Shown: positions 37,876 to 49,268 of the stretch, in pieces
Layout: each line of letters begins with the position of its first letter
How positions within the stretch are numbered: the first letter of the stretch is position 1
From: an uncultured Gemmatimonadota bacterium
Lineage (GTDB): Bacteria; JAAXHH01
Direction of reading: 5' to 3'
Length of the DNA: 64,000 nucleotides
Assembly: GCA_951812955.1 (NCBI GenBank)
Contig: OX638340.1
Location: 2,688,001-2,752,000 of the forward strand
Position numbers and translations under genes: made by a program
Notes under the pieces: model-generated
Databases searched by the model: none
What the model was told of the DNA's origin: nothing
What the model saw: the letters and a program-made list of their open reading frames with translations, nothing else

Positions 37876-39336
37876 TCAATCCCCCAGCCCCGCATACCGG
37901 CAGACAATCTCCACGGCCTTGACCAGGGTCTTCGCGCCGAGTACGGCGTATTCCTCGATCAGGTTGCCTTCCTGGTCGAGCGTACCCAGGCCGGGACCGA
38001 GGAACATCTTCCCGCTGTAAATCGTGGCCGGTTCGACGCCCATGTGCTCCTGGGCGAGGACGATGGGATTGGTGTTGGCCCACAGGTCTTCCAGGTTGAA
38101 GATCGGGATGCCGAAGGCGCCGTCTTTCCACGTGCGTTCGTAGTTGAGCTCGGTGCCGCCGAGCTGGTAGGTTTTCGTGAAGATCAGGTCGTCGCGGAAT
38201 CGGGAGGGTTCCATCCGGGCGAATTCCTCTACGATGATTTCGTGGAACCGGTCCACGGGATCGGTGACCAGGCGGGGACGGTCGCGGAGGACCTTCAGGT
38301 AAGCGGTCAGACCGACCAGGGTGTCCCGGCCGGGATCACTGAAGGTATAGACCGCCTTGCCGTGGGAGGACAGCTCGCCGTACCGCTGGCCGCCCAGGCC
38401 CATGCCCTTGCGGATCGGGTTTATGACCTCTTCGCGGCCAATCAGCAACCCCGACGCAGGCGCACGGCCCGGCTTGTCCATGCTGTAGGTGATGATGTCG
38501 CAGCCGATGTCCCGGGGATCCATGCCGACGATGGGAATCGATCCTCCCGTGTCCACGATGTAGGGCACGTCGTAGTCCCGGGCCACGTCGGCGAGTTTCT
38601 TCAGGAGGATCGGCGCGCCGTTCTCGTCCTGTTCGCCGAGTCCGTAGCTGGGTGTGTCGTATCCCACCGTGGCGATGCCCGTGAGCAGGGAAGCGTTCCG
38701 TTCGGCGGCCTTCTTCACGTTTCCGATGGTGCCGTCCACGTCCACCCCGGTGAGCAACGAGGTGGGATTATACCGGATGCCGTGCGGATCGTATTTCGCG
38801 CCGGCCATGGGTACGTAGAGCGTCTCGAGGTTCGCCAGGCTCTTGTTCTCGATGCCCAGTTCGCCGCCGGCGATAGTCCGGTCCACGAGAAGGTTCTTGT
38901 ACCGCGGCGGGAAGGCCCGGCCGTAGCCGCCGATCCATTCGTAGTCCTCGCCGTAAGGCATGAGCAGGCGGCCGCGGTAGATGTCGCCGTGGCGCATGGA
39001 GGGCGGAGCGCAAAGCGTCTCCAGGGTCAGGCGCAGCAGCGATTCGCAGGTGTTGGCGGCCACCGCGTCGAACTCATCGCCGTAGACGTCCTTGACGACT
39101 TCCCGCAGTTCGTCTTCGACCACCCGCACCGGGTAGGTCTTGCCGCCCCGGTTGGCTTCCACAATCGCGTCGAGAACGTAATCGGGGAGGTTGCCTGGTC
39201 TCGCCGAACTGCCGGCGTACAGGCCGATGTCCTGCCGTAGCTTCAGCGTGCCGATCTCTTCGCCGTATATCCGGGCCTCTTCGGCGATTTTACCCAAATT
39301 GTCGTAGATTGACTGGTACCACTGGAACTTGTACAT
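37876..39336 (-). CDS. SelA-like (seryl-tRNA(Sec) selenium transferase fold) PLP-dependent enzyme of unknown specificity
   Basis: DIITYSMDKPGRAPASGLLIG resembles the SelA PLP-lysine block (VTFSGDKLLGGPQAG). ATG at 39336. The N-extension in the track is not used. Confidence 0.5.
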   Translation of the reverse strand: MYKFQWYQSIYDNLGKIAEEARIYGEEIGTLKLRQDIGLYAGSSARPGNLPDYVLDAIVEANRGGKTYPVRVVEDELREVVKDVYGDEFDAVAANTCESLLRLTLETLCAPPSMRHGDIYRGRLLMPYGEDYEWIGGYGRAFPPRYKNLLVDRTIAGGELGIENKSLANLETLYVPMAGAKYDPHGIRYNPTSLLTGVDVDGTIGNVKKAAERNASLLTGIATVGYDTPSYGLGEQDENGAPILLKKLADVARDYDVPYIVDTGGSIPIVGMDPRDIGCDIITYSMDKPGRAPASGLLIGREEVINPIRKGMGLGGQRYGELSSHGKAVYTFSDPGRDTLVGLTAYLKVLRDRPRLVTDPVDRFHEIIVEEFARMEPSRFRDDLIFTKTYQLGGTELNYERTWKDGAFGIPIFNLEDLWANTNPIVLAQEHMGVEPATIYSGKMFLGPGLGTLDQEGNLIEEYAVLGAKTLVKAVEIVCRYAGLGD

Positions 39337-39420
39337 GGCTGTTCTTTCTCGGATCCGCACTGCGTTGGACGAGACGGGAAGATCGTCTACGGGCGGTTTC
39401 ACGCCGGACCGTCGTGGGGA

Positions 39421-40575
39421 TCAGGGTATGCTGGAAATCACTTCGAGGGCCCGTTCCACGTCGGACACCCGGTTGTACAAGTGGGGCGAGAATCGGATCA
39501 CGTCGCCGCGCAACGCGACCATGACGCCGGACTGCTTCAGATGCTTCGCCACGCTGGAGATGTCGTGGCCGGGAAAACGGGCGGTAACAATGGCCGAGCG
39601 TTCGGCGGCGTTCCGGGGGGAAGTGACCTCGGCGCCGATATCCGCCAGGCCGCTGATGAGGTGGTCGGCGAGGACCTGGTTATGGGCGAAGATCTCGTCG
39701 ATACCCGTGTCCACGAGGAATCCGATCGACTTCGCGAACCCGCCGGCCAACCCATAGGCCATGGTGCTGAACTCGAACCGGGACGCGTCCTCCGGGTAAT
39801 CCGGCGGATCGGTGCTGATGTCCCAGATGTCGACCTGGCTCCGAAAGCCCACCAGGCCGGGTTCGAGGCTCGTGGCGAGATGCGGAGCGAGGTACATGAC
39901 GGCGATACCGAAAGGACCGCACAGCCACTTGTATGCTCCGGCGGCAACGGCGTCGATGCCCATGCCGGGTGCGTCGATGGGGACGGCGCCCGCGGACTGC
40001 GTGGCGTCCACGACGAGCAGGGCTCCGTGCCGGTGCGCGATCTCGGCAAAAGCGGCGAGGTCCCAGCGCTGGCCGCTGCGGAATTCGACGTGGGACAGGG
40101 CCACTACGGCCGTGTTGTCGTCAATGAGGTCCCGGACGCGGCCGGGATCGACAGTACCTCCCCCCCGCGCGTGCGCCAGCCGGATCTCACAGCCCGTGTG
40201 GTTGGCGACCCGTCTCCAGGGGTAGACCGAAGCGGGGAAGGATACGTCCGTGCTGACGACGTTGGTTTCCGGTCCGGGCATGACCGCCCAGGCGAGGGAA
40301 CTCAGGAGCTCGGTGGTGCTGGACCCGGCGGCGATGTCGGTCGGCGACGCGTTGAAGAGCCGGGCGGCCTGCCGGTGCAACTCATCGAATACCGTGGCTT
40401 CGGCTTCTTCGTCGAAGTGGTTGCTGCCGTTCTCGGCGACGTCCCGGTACCATTCGGTGATCGCGGACGCGGCCGGACGGTACATGGGCGTTACGTTCGC
40501 CGCGTTGATGTAGGTGCAGGTCTGTGCTACGGGAAACTCATCGACCGGAACCAGCGGATCGAGGGACTGTGGCAT
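39421..40575 (-). CDS. Class V aminotransferase / cysteine-desulfurase-fold PLP enzyme
   Basis: AYKWLCGPFG block and the fold-type I class V layout. Confidence 0.75.
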   Translation of the reverse strand: MPQSLDPLVPVDEFPVAQTCTYINAANVTPMYRPAASAITEWYRDVAENGSNHFDEEAEATVFDELHRQAARLFNASPTDIAAGSSTTELLSSLAWAVMPGPETNVVSTDVSFPASVYPWRRVANHTGCEIRLAHARGGGTVDPGRVRDLIDDNTAVVALSHVEFRSGQRWDLAAFAEIAHRHGALLVVDATQSAGAVPIDAPGMGIDAVAAGAYKWLCGPFGIAVMYLAPHLATSLEPGLVGFRSQVDIWDISTDPPDYPEDASRFEFSTMAYGLAGGFAKSIGFLVDTGIDEIFAHNQVLADHLISGLADIGAEVTSPRNAAERSAIVTARFPGHDISSVAKHLKQSGVMVALRGDVIRFSPHLYNRVSDVERALEVISSIP

Positions 40576-40593
40576 GGTAAGGCCTCCCGGCGA

Positions 40594-41772
40594 TCAACCG
40601 GCGGCCGCGTCGCGCTCGTTCACTGTTCCCGCGTCCTCTTCCTCGGCGACCTGGCGGAGCAGGCTGGCAATCCGGCGCAGTCCCTCGTTCAGGTAGTCGG
40701 ACGGCAGGCCGTAGCTGATGCGGAGATGGTTAGGTATGCCGAAGTAGTCCCCTGGACCGATGAGCACCGACTTCTCCTGGATCAGTCGATTCGCCAGTGT
40801 CGCGGAATCGGCCTTCAGGTTGTACCGGACGAAGGAAACGGCCGTTGCCTGGGGCGGAACGAGACTCAGGATGTCCGAGTTGTCGCTGATCCAGCCGTGG
40901 TAGTTCTCCCATCCCCGCCGGATATAGCCCCGCGTCCTTTCGAAGATGGCCTGCCGCACGTCCGGGCGCAGCGCCAGCGGCGCGAGGAAATGGTTGGACA
41001 ACTTGGCGGTGCTCAAAGTCAGGTACTCGTGGCGCTTCCAAAGCTCCCTGAGCAGGTCTTCAGGACCCACGAGCCAGCCGATCCGCAGGCCGGGCATGCC
41101 GAAGGACTTGGACATGCTGCCCGCCGCGATGACCCGGTCGTACCGACCGTAGAAGGTGGGCGAAACCTCCTCCCGCTCCCGCTCGGACCCGGCGTAGATC
41201 TCGTCGGCGAGCAGGTAGGCGCCGCTGCGTTCGGCCGCGCGGACGACGGCGTCCATTTCGGATTCCGTCAGGATCTGCCCCGTCGGGTTGTTTGGGTTGC
41301 AGATGGAGATCAGTTTCGTTTCGTCAGATACGGCGGACTCCAGGCTGTCGGTATCGAGCGCCCATCCCCGGTCGGGATCGAGGGTGAACGTCCGGCGGAT
41401 GGCGCCCATGTTGTGCGCGAGCCCCCAACTCTGGAGGTAGCATGGCACCTGGACCGCCACCTCGCCCCCGCCTTCCAGCAGCGTCTGGAACGTGATGTAA
41501 TTGGCCTCGATGCATCCGATGGTCACCAGTACGTTATCGGCCGTGGCGCCGGGGTAGTACTGGGCAATGGCCTCCCGCAGTTCAGGCGAACCGTTGGCGT
41601 ATCCGTAGCCCAGTTCGGTATCCAGCATGCGGTCCAGGATATCGGGATCGTGGGCGATCAGTTCCCTGACCTTGACCGGGTGCGCGCCGCTCTCGGACAG
41701 GTTGTATTCCACGACCTGTTCCCAGTCCGACATGATGCGTTCCAGGTCAAAAGTCTGGAAGGTCGATGCCAT
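40594..41772 (-). CDS. Class I/II aminotransferase (aspartate/aromatic family)
   Basis: NPNNPTG and SMSKSFGMPGLRIGW (SxSK PLP-lysine) motifs. Confidence 0.8.
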   Translation of the reverse strand: MASTFQTFDLERIMSDWEQVVEYNLSESGAHPVKVRELIAHDPDILDRMLDTELGYGYANGSPELREAIAQYYPGATADNVLVTIGCIEANYITFQTLLEGGGEVAVQVPCYLQSWGLAHNMGAIRRTFTLDPDRGWALDTDSLESAVSDETKLISICNPNNPTGQILTESEMDAVVRAAERSGAYLLADEIYAGSEREREEVSPTFYGRYDRVIAAGSMSKSFGMPGLRIGWLVGPEDLLRELWKRHEYLTLSTAKLSNHFLAPLALRPDVRQAIFERTRGYIRRGWENYHGWISDNSDILSLVPPQATAVSFVRYNLKADSATLANRLIQEKSVLIGPGDYFGIPNHLRISYGLPSDYLNEGLRRIASLLRQVAEEEDAGTVNERDAAAG

Positions 41773-41927
41773 GTGCTTGCTCCTTGGTTTGATGGGCCGT
41801 CAGTGTTCGGTGCGCCGGCCATGTCGGCCTGCTAATCCGGTCAGCCTGGTCAGTGTGGCCGGCCAAGTCAGCCTGGCCGGCCGTGTCAGCCCGCCAGTCC
41901 GGCCGCTCGGTCATTCCGTCCGTCTGT

Positions 41928-42875
41928 CTACTTTACGGCGTGGTATACGGCCTTGGATATCTGGATATCCTGTACGGCGACGCCCGTCGAATCGGCGATC
42001 GTGATCTGGTCGTCGGAAGTGCGGCCGAGGGAAGGATTCTGAATCACGTTCCCGAGCTCGACCACCTTGTCCTCGGTTATGGCGCCCGCCATCATCGCCT
42101 GGGCGATCTCGCCCCGCAACCTGCACTGGGGGATGCTGTCCGCCACGACCACGTCGGCCTTTACGAGCACGCCTGGATCCAACTCGATCTTGTCCGGCGT
42201 ATCCGATCCCATGGCGGTGATGTGGGTCCCGGGCCGGACCTGCTCGGCGGTCAGCAGCGGCGACAGGGACGGGGTGGACATGATGATGAGATTGCTTGTC
42301 GCCGCCACCGCGCCGGCGTCATCCGTTGTCTCGACGGAGTATCCCTGGGCTTCCATGTCACGCATGTAGGACGCCTTGCTCTCGTCGGAACGTCCCCACG
42401 CGATCACGTCCGTGCAGTCGACGACACCCTTCAGGTACTCAACCTGCATGCGTGCCTGCAGGCCCGTACCGAAAACGCCGATGCGGCTGACGTTCTTCGG
42501 CGCGAGGACCTTGGCCACGACTGGCCCCATGGCGGCCGTACGTACGTTGGTGAGGTAGCCCTGGTCGAGCAGGAACGCCACCGGCTGGCCCGTTCTCTGA
42601 TTGAAGACCAGCATCATGCCCTGGACGCGGGGGAGGCCCACGTTCGGATTATCGCTGAAACCGGAGGCCAGCTTGATAACGTAATAGTCATCGTTGTTGA
42701 TCGCGCCGTACTTGATATGCACGTTCCCTGGAGGATCCTCGAAGTGCATCTCGCCGACGGGCGGCACCTGCACATTTCCCTGCGAATATGCGACGAAACC
42801 GTCCTCTATATCCTGAATGACGTCAATGCCCTCTACGGCTTCCTTGATTCGGTCCAGTTCGACGATGAGCGGCAT
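41928..42875 (-). CDS. Ornithine cyclodeaminase / mu-crystallin family protein
   Basis: Rossmann GVFGTGLQA motif and an OCD-family layout. Confidence 0.8.
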   Translation of the reverse strand: MPLIVELDRIKEAVEGIDVIQDIEDGFVAYSQGNVQVPPVGEMHFEDPPGNVHIKYGAINNDDYYVIKLASGFSDNPNVGLPRVQGMMLVFNQRTGQPVAFLLDQGYLTNVRTAAMGPVVAKVLAPKNVSRIGVFGTGLQARMQVEYLKGVVDCTDVIAWGRSDESKASYMRDMEAQGYSVETTDDAGAVAATSNLIIMSTPSLSPLLTAEQVRPGTHITAMGSDTPDKIELDPGVLVKADVVVADSIPQCRLRGEIAQAMMAGAITEDKVVELGNVIQNPSLGRTSDDQITIADSTGVAVQDIQISKAVYHAVK

Positions 42876-43157
42876 GGTTGAACTCCTCCTGGCAATCTGG
42901 TAAACCTGAGTATTTGCCCGGTGCGAAAGGCAATCCGGATTATTTATAAAAATGAGCAGACAAGTTAACGGATGCGCGGGCCGAAGTCAACCAAAACCGC
43001 GCGGATATCGCGCCCGGAACGACCTGCTCGGGCACGCCTGGACGCTCTCCGCAGTTCACCGGCAGGGCGGGGGATATTGTATTGACAAAAACGGCTTCAT
43101 GTCTCACAATACGGGAGTCTTCCCTACATGCCGGCAGGTCCCAGGAGGAGTACTTAC

Positions 43158-44258
<1,101 letters not shown>

Positions 44259-44274
44259 CCGCGGGGCGCCGCCT

Positions 44275-44352
44275 GGTCCAGTTCACCCCGGGTCTCCCGT
44301 ATGATCATGCACCGGTCCAGTTCACCCCGGGCCTCCCGTTTTATCCCGCACC
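44275..44352. repeat. Imperfect tandem duplication with a 39-bp period (ggtccagttcaccccgggYctcccg...) in a convergent intergenic region
   Basis: Direct reading of the sequence. Confidence 0.6.
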
Positions 44353-44403
44353 GGACTTTCCCTTCCAACGGTGCGGCCCCCGTTACCGTATGAGAAGCCG
44401 GCG

Positions 44404-45303
44404 TCAGCCCAGGTGGGCGCGTTTGGCGAGGAAGGTCAACAGGGCCTGGTCGAAGGGCGTGCCCGTATCCAGGCTGAGATAGTCCGCCGCGTTTTCCCGA
44501 CAGACACGGGTATAAACTTCGTCCTGCTTCTCCAGGTCGCCCAGGTACGCTTCGCGGATCGCATGCGGGTGGGTATATACTTCTTCACCGGTTTCCATGT
44601 CGCGGAAGCGGGCGGGCTGCCGGAATGTAAAGTCCTTCTCGGCGGGATCAAGGAGGCGAAATACGATCACTTCATGCTTCCGATGGCGAAAATGCCGGAT
44701 GCTGTCGACGATGTCCCCGGGTTCGTCGAACAAATCGGAAATGACGATGATCAACCCGCGCCGCTTGATCCGTTCCGCCAGCGAGTGAAAGGTCGCCCGG
44801 CTTCGTGTTCCGGACCCGGGCACCGCGGCTTGCAGCCGCTGCAGAATGACGTGCAGATGATTGCGGACCGACCGCGGTGGCACGTATTGCCTTATCTGCT
44901 CGTCGTACAGCACCAGGCCCACCGAGTCCTGCTGGCTCAGCATGAGGTAGGTGAGGGCGGCCGCCAGGTACCTGCCGTACTCCAGTTTGCTTATACCCGC
45001 GGATCCGTATTCCATCGACGCGCTGACGTCCAGGAAGATATAGGATTTCAGATTGGTTTCTTCTTCATATTCCTTGATATAATACCTGTCGGATTTAGCG
45101 AAGACCTTCCAGTCGATATGCTTGATCGGATCGCCCGGCATGTACTGCCTGTGTTCCGCGTATTCGACGCTGAACCCATGGTAGGGGCTGCTGTGCAGTC
45201 CGGCGATGAACCCTTCCACGACCAGTCGCGCCTTAAGGTCCAACCGGGCGAGCCGGGACACGGTCATCGGATCGAGGTATTTGCGGTAATCGGGCGTATT
45301 CAT
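44404..45303 (-). CDS. DUF58-family protein (vWA-like, partner of MoxR)
   Basis: DUF58 hallmarks HGFSVEYAEHRQYMPGD, IDWK, YIFLDVSASM. ATG at 45303. Confidence 0.75.
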   Translation of the reverse strand: MNTPDYRKYLDPMTVSRLARLDLKARLVVEGFIAGLHSSPYHGFSVEYAEHRQYMPGDPIKHIDWKVFAKSDRYYIKEYEEETNLKSYIFLDVSASMEYGSAGISKLEYGRYLAAALTYLMLSQQDSVGLVLYDEQIRQYVPPRSVRNHLHVILQRLQAAVPGSGTRSRATFHSLAERIKRRGLIIVISDLFDEPGDIVDSIRHFRHRKHEVIVFRLLDPAEKDFTFRQPARFRDMETGEEVYTHPHAIREAYLGDLEKQDEVYTRVCRENAADYLSLDTGTPFDQALLTFLAKRAHLG

Positions 45304-45328
45304 GGTTATTGGCAGGCGTGAAGAGGGA

Positions 45329-46333
45329 TCAGGAGCCTGTCGTTTCATCCATCAGTTGCGTGATGATGTCGTCGGCGGAGACTCCGTCCGCGTCGGCGTT
45401 GAAATTGGTCACGATGCGGTGCCTGAGCACGGGCAGCGCCAGGGCGCGCACGTCTTCCGGAGTGGGCGTATAGTTTCCCATGAGCACCGCCCGGGCCTTC
45501 GCGCCGAGGATCAGGTACTGGGAGGCCCGGGGTCCGGCGCCCCAGCTGACCCGTTCGCGGATGAAAGGTGGCGCGTCCGTCTCGTTCGGACGGGTCATGC
45601 GGGCCAGCGAAACGGCGTACTCGACGACGTGGTCCGCCACGGGCACTCTTCGGATCAGCTGTTGCAGTTTATTCACGTCGTCCCCCGTCAGGATATGTTC
45701 CGGCACGGCCTCCTGAACGCTCGTCGTACTCCGGGCGATTTCGATTTCTTCGGTGCGGGACGGATAATCCATGTAGATACTGAACATGAAACGGTCCAAT
45801 TGGGCCTCGGGCAGGGGATAGGTTCCTTCCTGCTCGATGGGGTTTTGGGTCGCCAGGACGAAAAACGGCTCGTCGAGCCGCATGGATTCCCCCGCGGCAG
45901 TCACTTCGTGTTCCTGCATCGCCTGCAATAGGGCCGCCTGCGTCTTGGGCGGCGTGCGGTTTACCTCGTCCGCCAGAATCACGTTCGCGAAAATCGGCCC
46001 GCGGATAAACTTGAACTCCCGGTGACCGGTCGACCGATCCTCTTCCAGGATTTCCGTTCCCGTGATGTCGGACGGCATCAGGTCCGGCGTGAACTGAATG
46101 CGGCTGAACTTGAGATCGAGCGTCCTGGAAAGCGTGTTGATCAGGAGCGTCTTGGCCAGTCCCGGAACGCCGATCAGCAGTGCGTGGCCGTTTGCCAGTA
46201 GGACGGTCAGGAGCTGCTGTACCACCTCCTGCTGACCGATGATGACCTTGGATATTTCAGCCCTTATGCGATCTCCCGCCTCCTGTAATTCCTCGACGAT
46301 TTCCAGATCGCCGTGCCGCTGTTCGTCTGCCAT
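45329..46333 (-). CDS. MoxR-family AAA+ ATPase
   Basis: Walker A GVPGLAKT, Walker B ADEVNR, and a MoxR-type C-terminus. Confidence 0.9.
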   Translation of the reverse strand: MADEQRHGDLEIVEELQEAGDRIRAEISKVIIGQQEVVQQLLTVLLANGHALLIGVPGLAKTLLINTLSRTLDLKFSRIQFTPDLMPSDITGTEILEEDRSTGHREFKFIRGPIFANVILADEVNRTPPKTQAALLQAMQEHEVTAAGESMRLDEPFFVLATQNPIEQEGTYPLPEAQLDRFMFSIYMDYPSRTEEIEIARSTTSVQEAVPEHILTGDDVNKLQQLIRRVPVADHVVEYAVSLARMTRPNETDAPPFIRERVSWGAGPRASQYLILGAKARAVLMGNYTPTPEDVRALALPVLRHRIVTNFNADADGVSADDIITQLMDETTGS

Positions 46334-46564
46334 TTATGTTTCCTTGGTGGTTAGTCCCGCGCAACGCATGAGCGTTTGAGATGCTCCGGGTGCCGGTAGA
46401 CCGGACTGCCCCGATTCGACGCCCGTCAAGATACAGGGGGGTGAAGCCGCCAATCAAGTAGAATAGAAACCAGCCGCCCGGTCCCGGGATGCCCGCAGCG
46501 GGCACTTTCGACGGGGATTCCCGTACGGAACCCAAGTTCCTTCGGATCGGACGATTGCGGCCGG

Positions 46565-47656
46565 TCAATCTTCCCAGGCCGTCCGGGGACCGTCCACGTA
46601 ATCCAGGTACCGGTCCGCGACGGCCGCCTCGTGCGAATCGCCGGTGTGAATGACGACGCGCCATCGGAAGGTGGTTTCTGAATCCGCCGCGCAGTGGTGG
46701 TCGTCCCAGACCATCCAGCAATTCGCGGCGAACAGTCCATACCCTCTCACGTGCCAGGCTGTGGGGTACCGGAGGTTGTCCGAGTGGTCGAAGACGGCGA
46801 AGCCCGCGGTCTCGTCTCCCACCGGGCCGCAGTAGTCCATCCAGTGCGCCCGCCGGGACCAGCAACCGGTCTCGTCGTCCGCGCCGTAGACGTTGCGCAT
46901 CCGGCCGTCGCCCGAGGCGTTCATGGAGGGGTTGACGCGGATGCTCAGGAACCCGCCCTCTTTCGTGGAACCGATGGTGACGGGACCCCGATCGGCGAGG
47001 AGGGTGAAGAGGACGTCCAGTACCACGGCGTCGCGCCCGGTGTCGAAGAGGCGGTACCACCTGCGGTCGGACATCAGCGGCCGTTCTCCCTCGTACCAGG
47101 TGTTGCCCGTGGCGATGGTAAGCGACAGGGGGCCCTGATGGATCGACATTTCGTCCTGTACGGTCCGTCCGAACCCTGGCCGGTCGAACTCTCCCCAGCA
47201 ATCCACCCCGTTGATGGCGCCCTGCATCAGGGTGAGACCCCGCTGCCAGGGATGCTCCCCCTCGCTGTAAGCCGGCAGGGGTTCCCTCAGCATGTTGACG
47301 CCCCCCGGCGTAAGAATGGGATTGATGAAGGGCTTGGGATATCCGGCGCCGTGGTGAAAGGTCATGAACGGCGATTCGCCCAGAGACACTTCCACCCGGT
47401 CCTCACGGCAAACATGTTCAATGCCGCAGCGGGGCGCCGTGTTCTTGGCGGCTGCCGCGACCCAGGTTGAGACCTCGCCCACTTCCATCGATGGCAGGAT
47501 GGCGTGATATATGGCGGACAGGGGATCCCGTTCGGCGAAAAGGGTGGAACCGCCGCTTCCGGTAAGCCGAAGCACCGGCGCGTTACAACCATCGGGCGCC
47601 GGTATGGCAGCCAGTTGTTCTCTTCTGGATCGCGGCGAAGTCAGGGTCAGTTTCAT
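46565..47656 (-). CDS. Hypothetical protein, possibly PmoA-like/DUF6807 family
   Basis: Long ORF of varied composition. ATG at 47656. The family assignment is tentative and rests on overall resemblance only. Confidence 0.4.
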   Translation of the reverse strand: MKLTLTSPRSRREQLAAIPAPDGCNAPVLRLTGSGGSTLFAERDPLSAIYHAILPSMEVGEVSTWVAAAAKNTAPRCGIEHVCREDRVEVSLGESPFMTFHHGAGYPKPFINPILTPGGVNMLREPLPAYSEGEHPWQRGLTLMQGAINGVDCWGEFDRPGFGRTVQDEMSIHQGPLSLTIATGNTWYEGERPLMSDRRWYRLFDTGRDAVVLDVLFTLLADRGPVTIGSTKEGGFLSIRVNPSMNASGDGRMRNVYGADDETGCWSRRAHWMDYCGPVGDETAGFAVFDHSDNLRYPTAWHVRGYGLFAANCWMVWDDHHCAADSETTFRWRVVIHTGDSHEAAVADRYLDYVDGPRTAWED

Positions 47657-47812
47657 GAAACGTATCGCTCCCTTGTTTAAACGTGTCGTTTCCTTGTATG
47701 GTTTATCGTATTTGCCCGGTTCCGTGGCGCGGACACGTACTCGTAAAAACATCGCATTCCGGAAATCTGCACGGCCCGGCGTCCTGGCAGTAAGGGAAAA
47801 GCCCGGTATCCC

Positions 47813-49189
47813 TTACTTCAATGTGGCGATCATGCGCTCCCGTACCAGGGACCGTATCACGTCGTCGAAAGCGTCGAGGGTCAACGCGATGTCCTCGTCG
47901 GTATGGGCGGAGGAGGTGACGCCGCCCGTGTAGGAGACCAGGTCGATGCCTCGGGCGAGCAGCATCTTCTGGAAGGCGGCGACCACGGGAGCCGGGATCC
48001 CTTTAAGGACGTTCACGTCGCGGGTGACCAGCCGTTCCCGGCCAGAAGCGCCGCTTCCCGGGAAGGCCTCCAGGTAGACGTGGAAGATGGACACGTCCCC
48101 GTAAACGTAACCGGCGACGCCTTCCTCGCGGAGGATGTCGTCCATGCCCTGCCGGAGCCGTTCGGCCAGCCGGTTCGCCCGTTCGTGCGGCAGACCGGTG
48201 GCCACGCGTTTCAGGGTGGCGATGCCGGCGGCCGTGGATACCGGGTTGGCGTTGAAGGTTCCCAGGTGATGGACCCGTTCGTACCGGTCCCGGTGTGCGT
48301 CACCTGTGTAGTCGAACACTTCCATGATGTCGGCACGGCCGGCGACCACGCCGCCCGGCATGCCGCCGGCCACGATCTTGCCGTGAAAACTCATGTCCGG
48401 CGTGATCCCCGAGTATTCCTGGTAGCCTCCAGGCGCGTAACGGAACCCCGTAATGACCTCGTCGTAGATCAGGAGCACGCCGGCCGCACGGGTCAGATCG
48501 CGGAGTTTCTCATTGAACTCCACGGACAGGGGTCCGGTACCCCAGGAGGCACCTGACGGCTCCAGCATGACGGCGGCGATATCCCGGTCCTTCTCCAGTA
48601 CTTCGGCCACGCGGTCGAGTTCCGCCGGGATAACCTCGATCGTATCGAGCACGGCCGGAGGGATGCCCGCCGAGACTGGCTGGTCGAAGGGGATCATGGC
48701 CCCCTTGCCCACCCCGTCGTGCCATCCGCTGAAATGTCCCTCGAAGCGCAGCACCCTGGTCTTTCCTGTGTAGGCCCGGGCAACGCGGAGCGCGAGCATG
48801 CTTCCCTCGGACCCCGAGTTCACGAAACGCACGCGTTCGGCGCAGGGGACCAGCTTCCGGATCAGTTCGGCCCACTCCAGTTGCATCGGGTGGTCGTTCC
48901 CGAAATGAAAGCCGAGTTCGAGGGCGTCGCCCATGGCCCGGCACACATCCGGCGGAGCGTGACCCAGCAGCAGCGCGGCGTTCCCCATGCCGTAGTCGAT
49001 GTATTCACGGCCGTCCTCGTCCCACTTGCGTGAGCGTGCCGCATGGGACATGTACAATGGCAGGGGATGGCCTCTGCGCAGGTCGTGACCCACACCGCCG
49101 GCCAGCGATTCCATCGCACGCGAATACAGTTCCACGGACCGCGGCCGGGTCTTCCGAAGCGCTTCGATTTTTGCGTCACCCATGTGCAA
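47813..49189 (-). CDS. Class III aminotransferase (glutamate-1-semialdehyde aminomutase-like)
   Basis: The LIYDEVITGFR block and the class III PLP fold. Confidence 0.8.
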   Translation of the reverse strand: MHMGDAKIEALRKTRPRSVELYSRAMESLAGGVGHDLRRGHPLPLYMSHAARSRKWDEDGREYIDYGMGNAALLLGHAPPDVCRAMGDALELGFHFGNDHPMQLEWAELIRKLVPCAERVRFVNSGSEGSMLALRVARAYTGKTRVLRFEGHFSGWHDGVGKGAMIPFDQPVSAGIPPAVLDTIEVIPAELDRVAEVLEKDRDIAAVMLEPSGASWGTGPLSVEFNEKLRDLTRAAGVLLIYDEVITGFRYAPGGYQEYSGITPDMSFHGKIVAGGMPGGVVAGRADIMEVFDYTGDAHRDRYERVHHLGTFNANPVSTAAGIATLKRVATGLPHERANRLAERLRQGMDDILREEGVAGYVYGDVSIFHVYLEAFPGSGASGRERLVTRDVNVLKGIPAPVVAAFQKMLLARGIDLVSYTGGVTSSAHTDEDIALTLDAFDDVIRSLVRERMIATLK

Positions 49190-49268
49190 TCCTCACTTGA
49201 GCCGTACGACCGTGATGAGGCCGGAACCGCTAATCGCTTCAACCACTTTGCCGGGTACGAGCGGACAA

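Noticed and set aside
39481-41835. 784-aa plus-strand ORF, with similar long ORFs at 38044..39240, 49476..51260, 30698..32587, 29583..30665, 18534..19982, 5087..5902 and 25194..25973
   Set aside because: All lie antisense to well-supported genes. They have Arg/Gly/Val/Pro-dominated low-complexity translations typical of open antisense frames in high-GC DNA, and no motifs.
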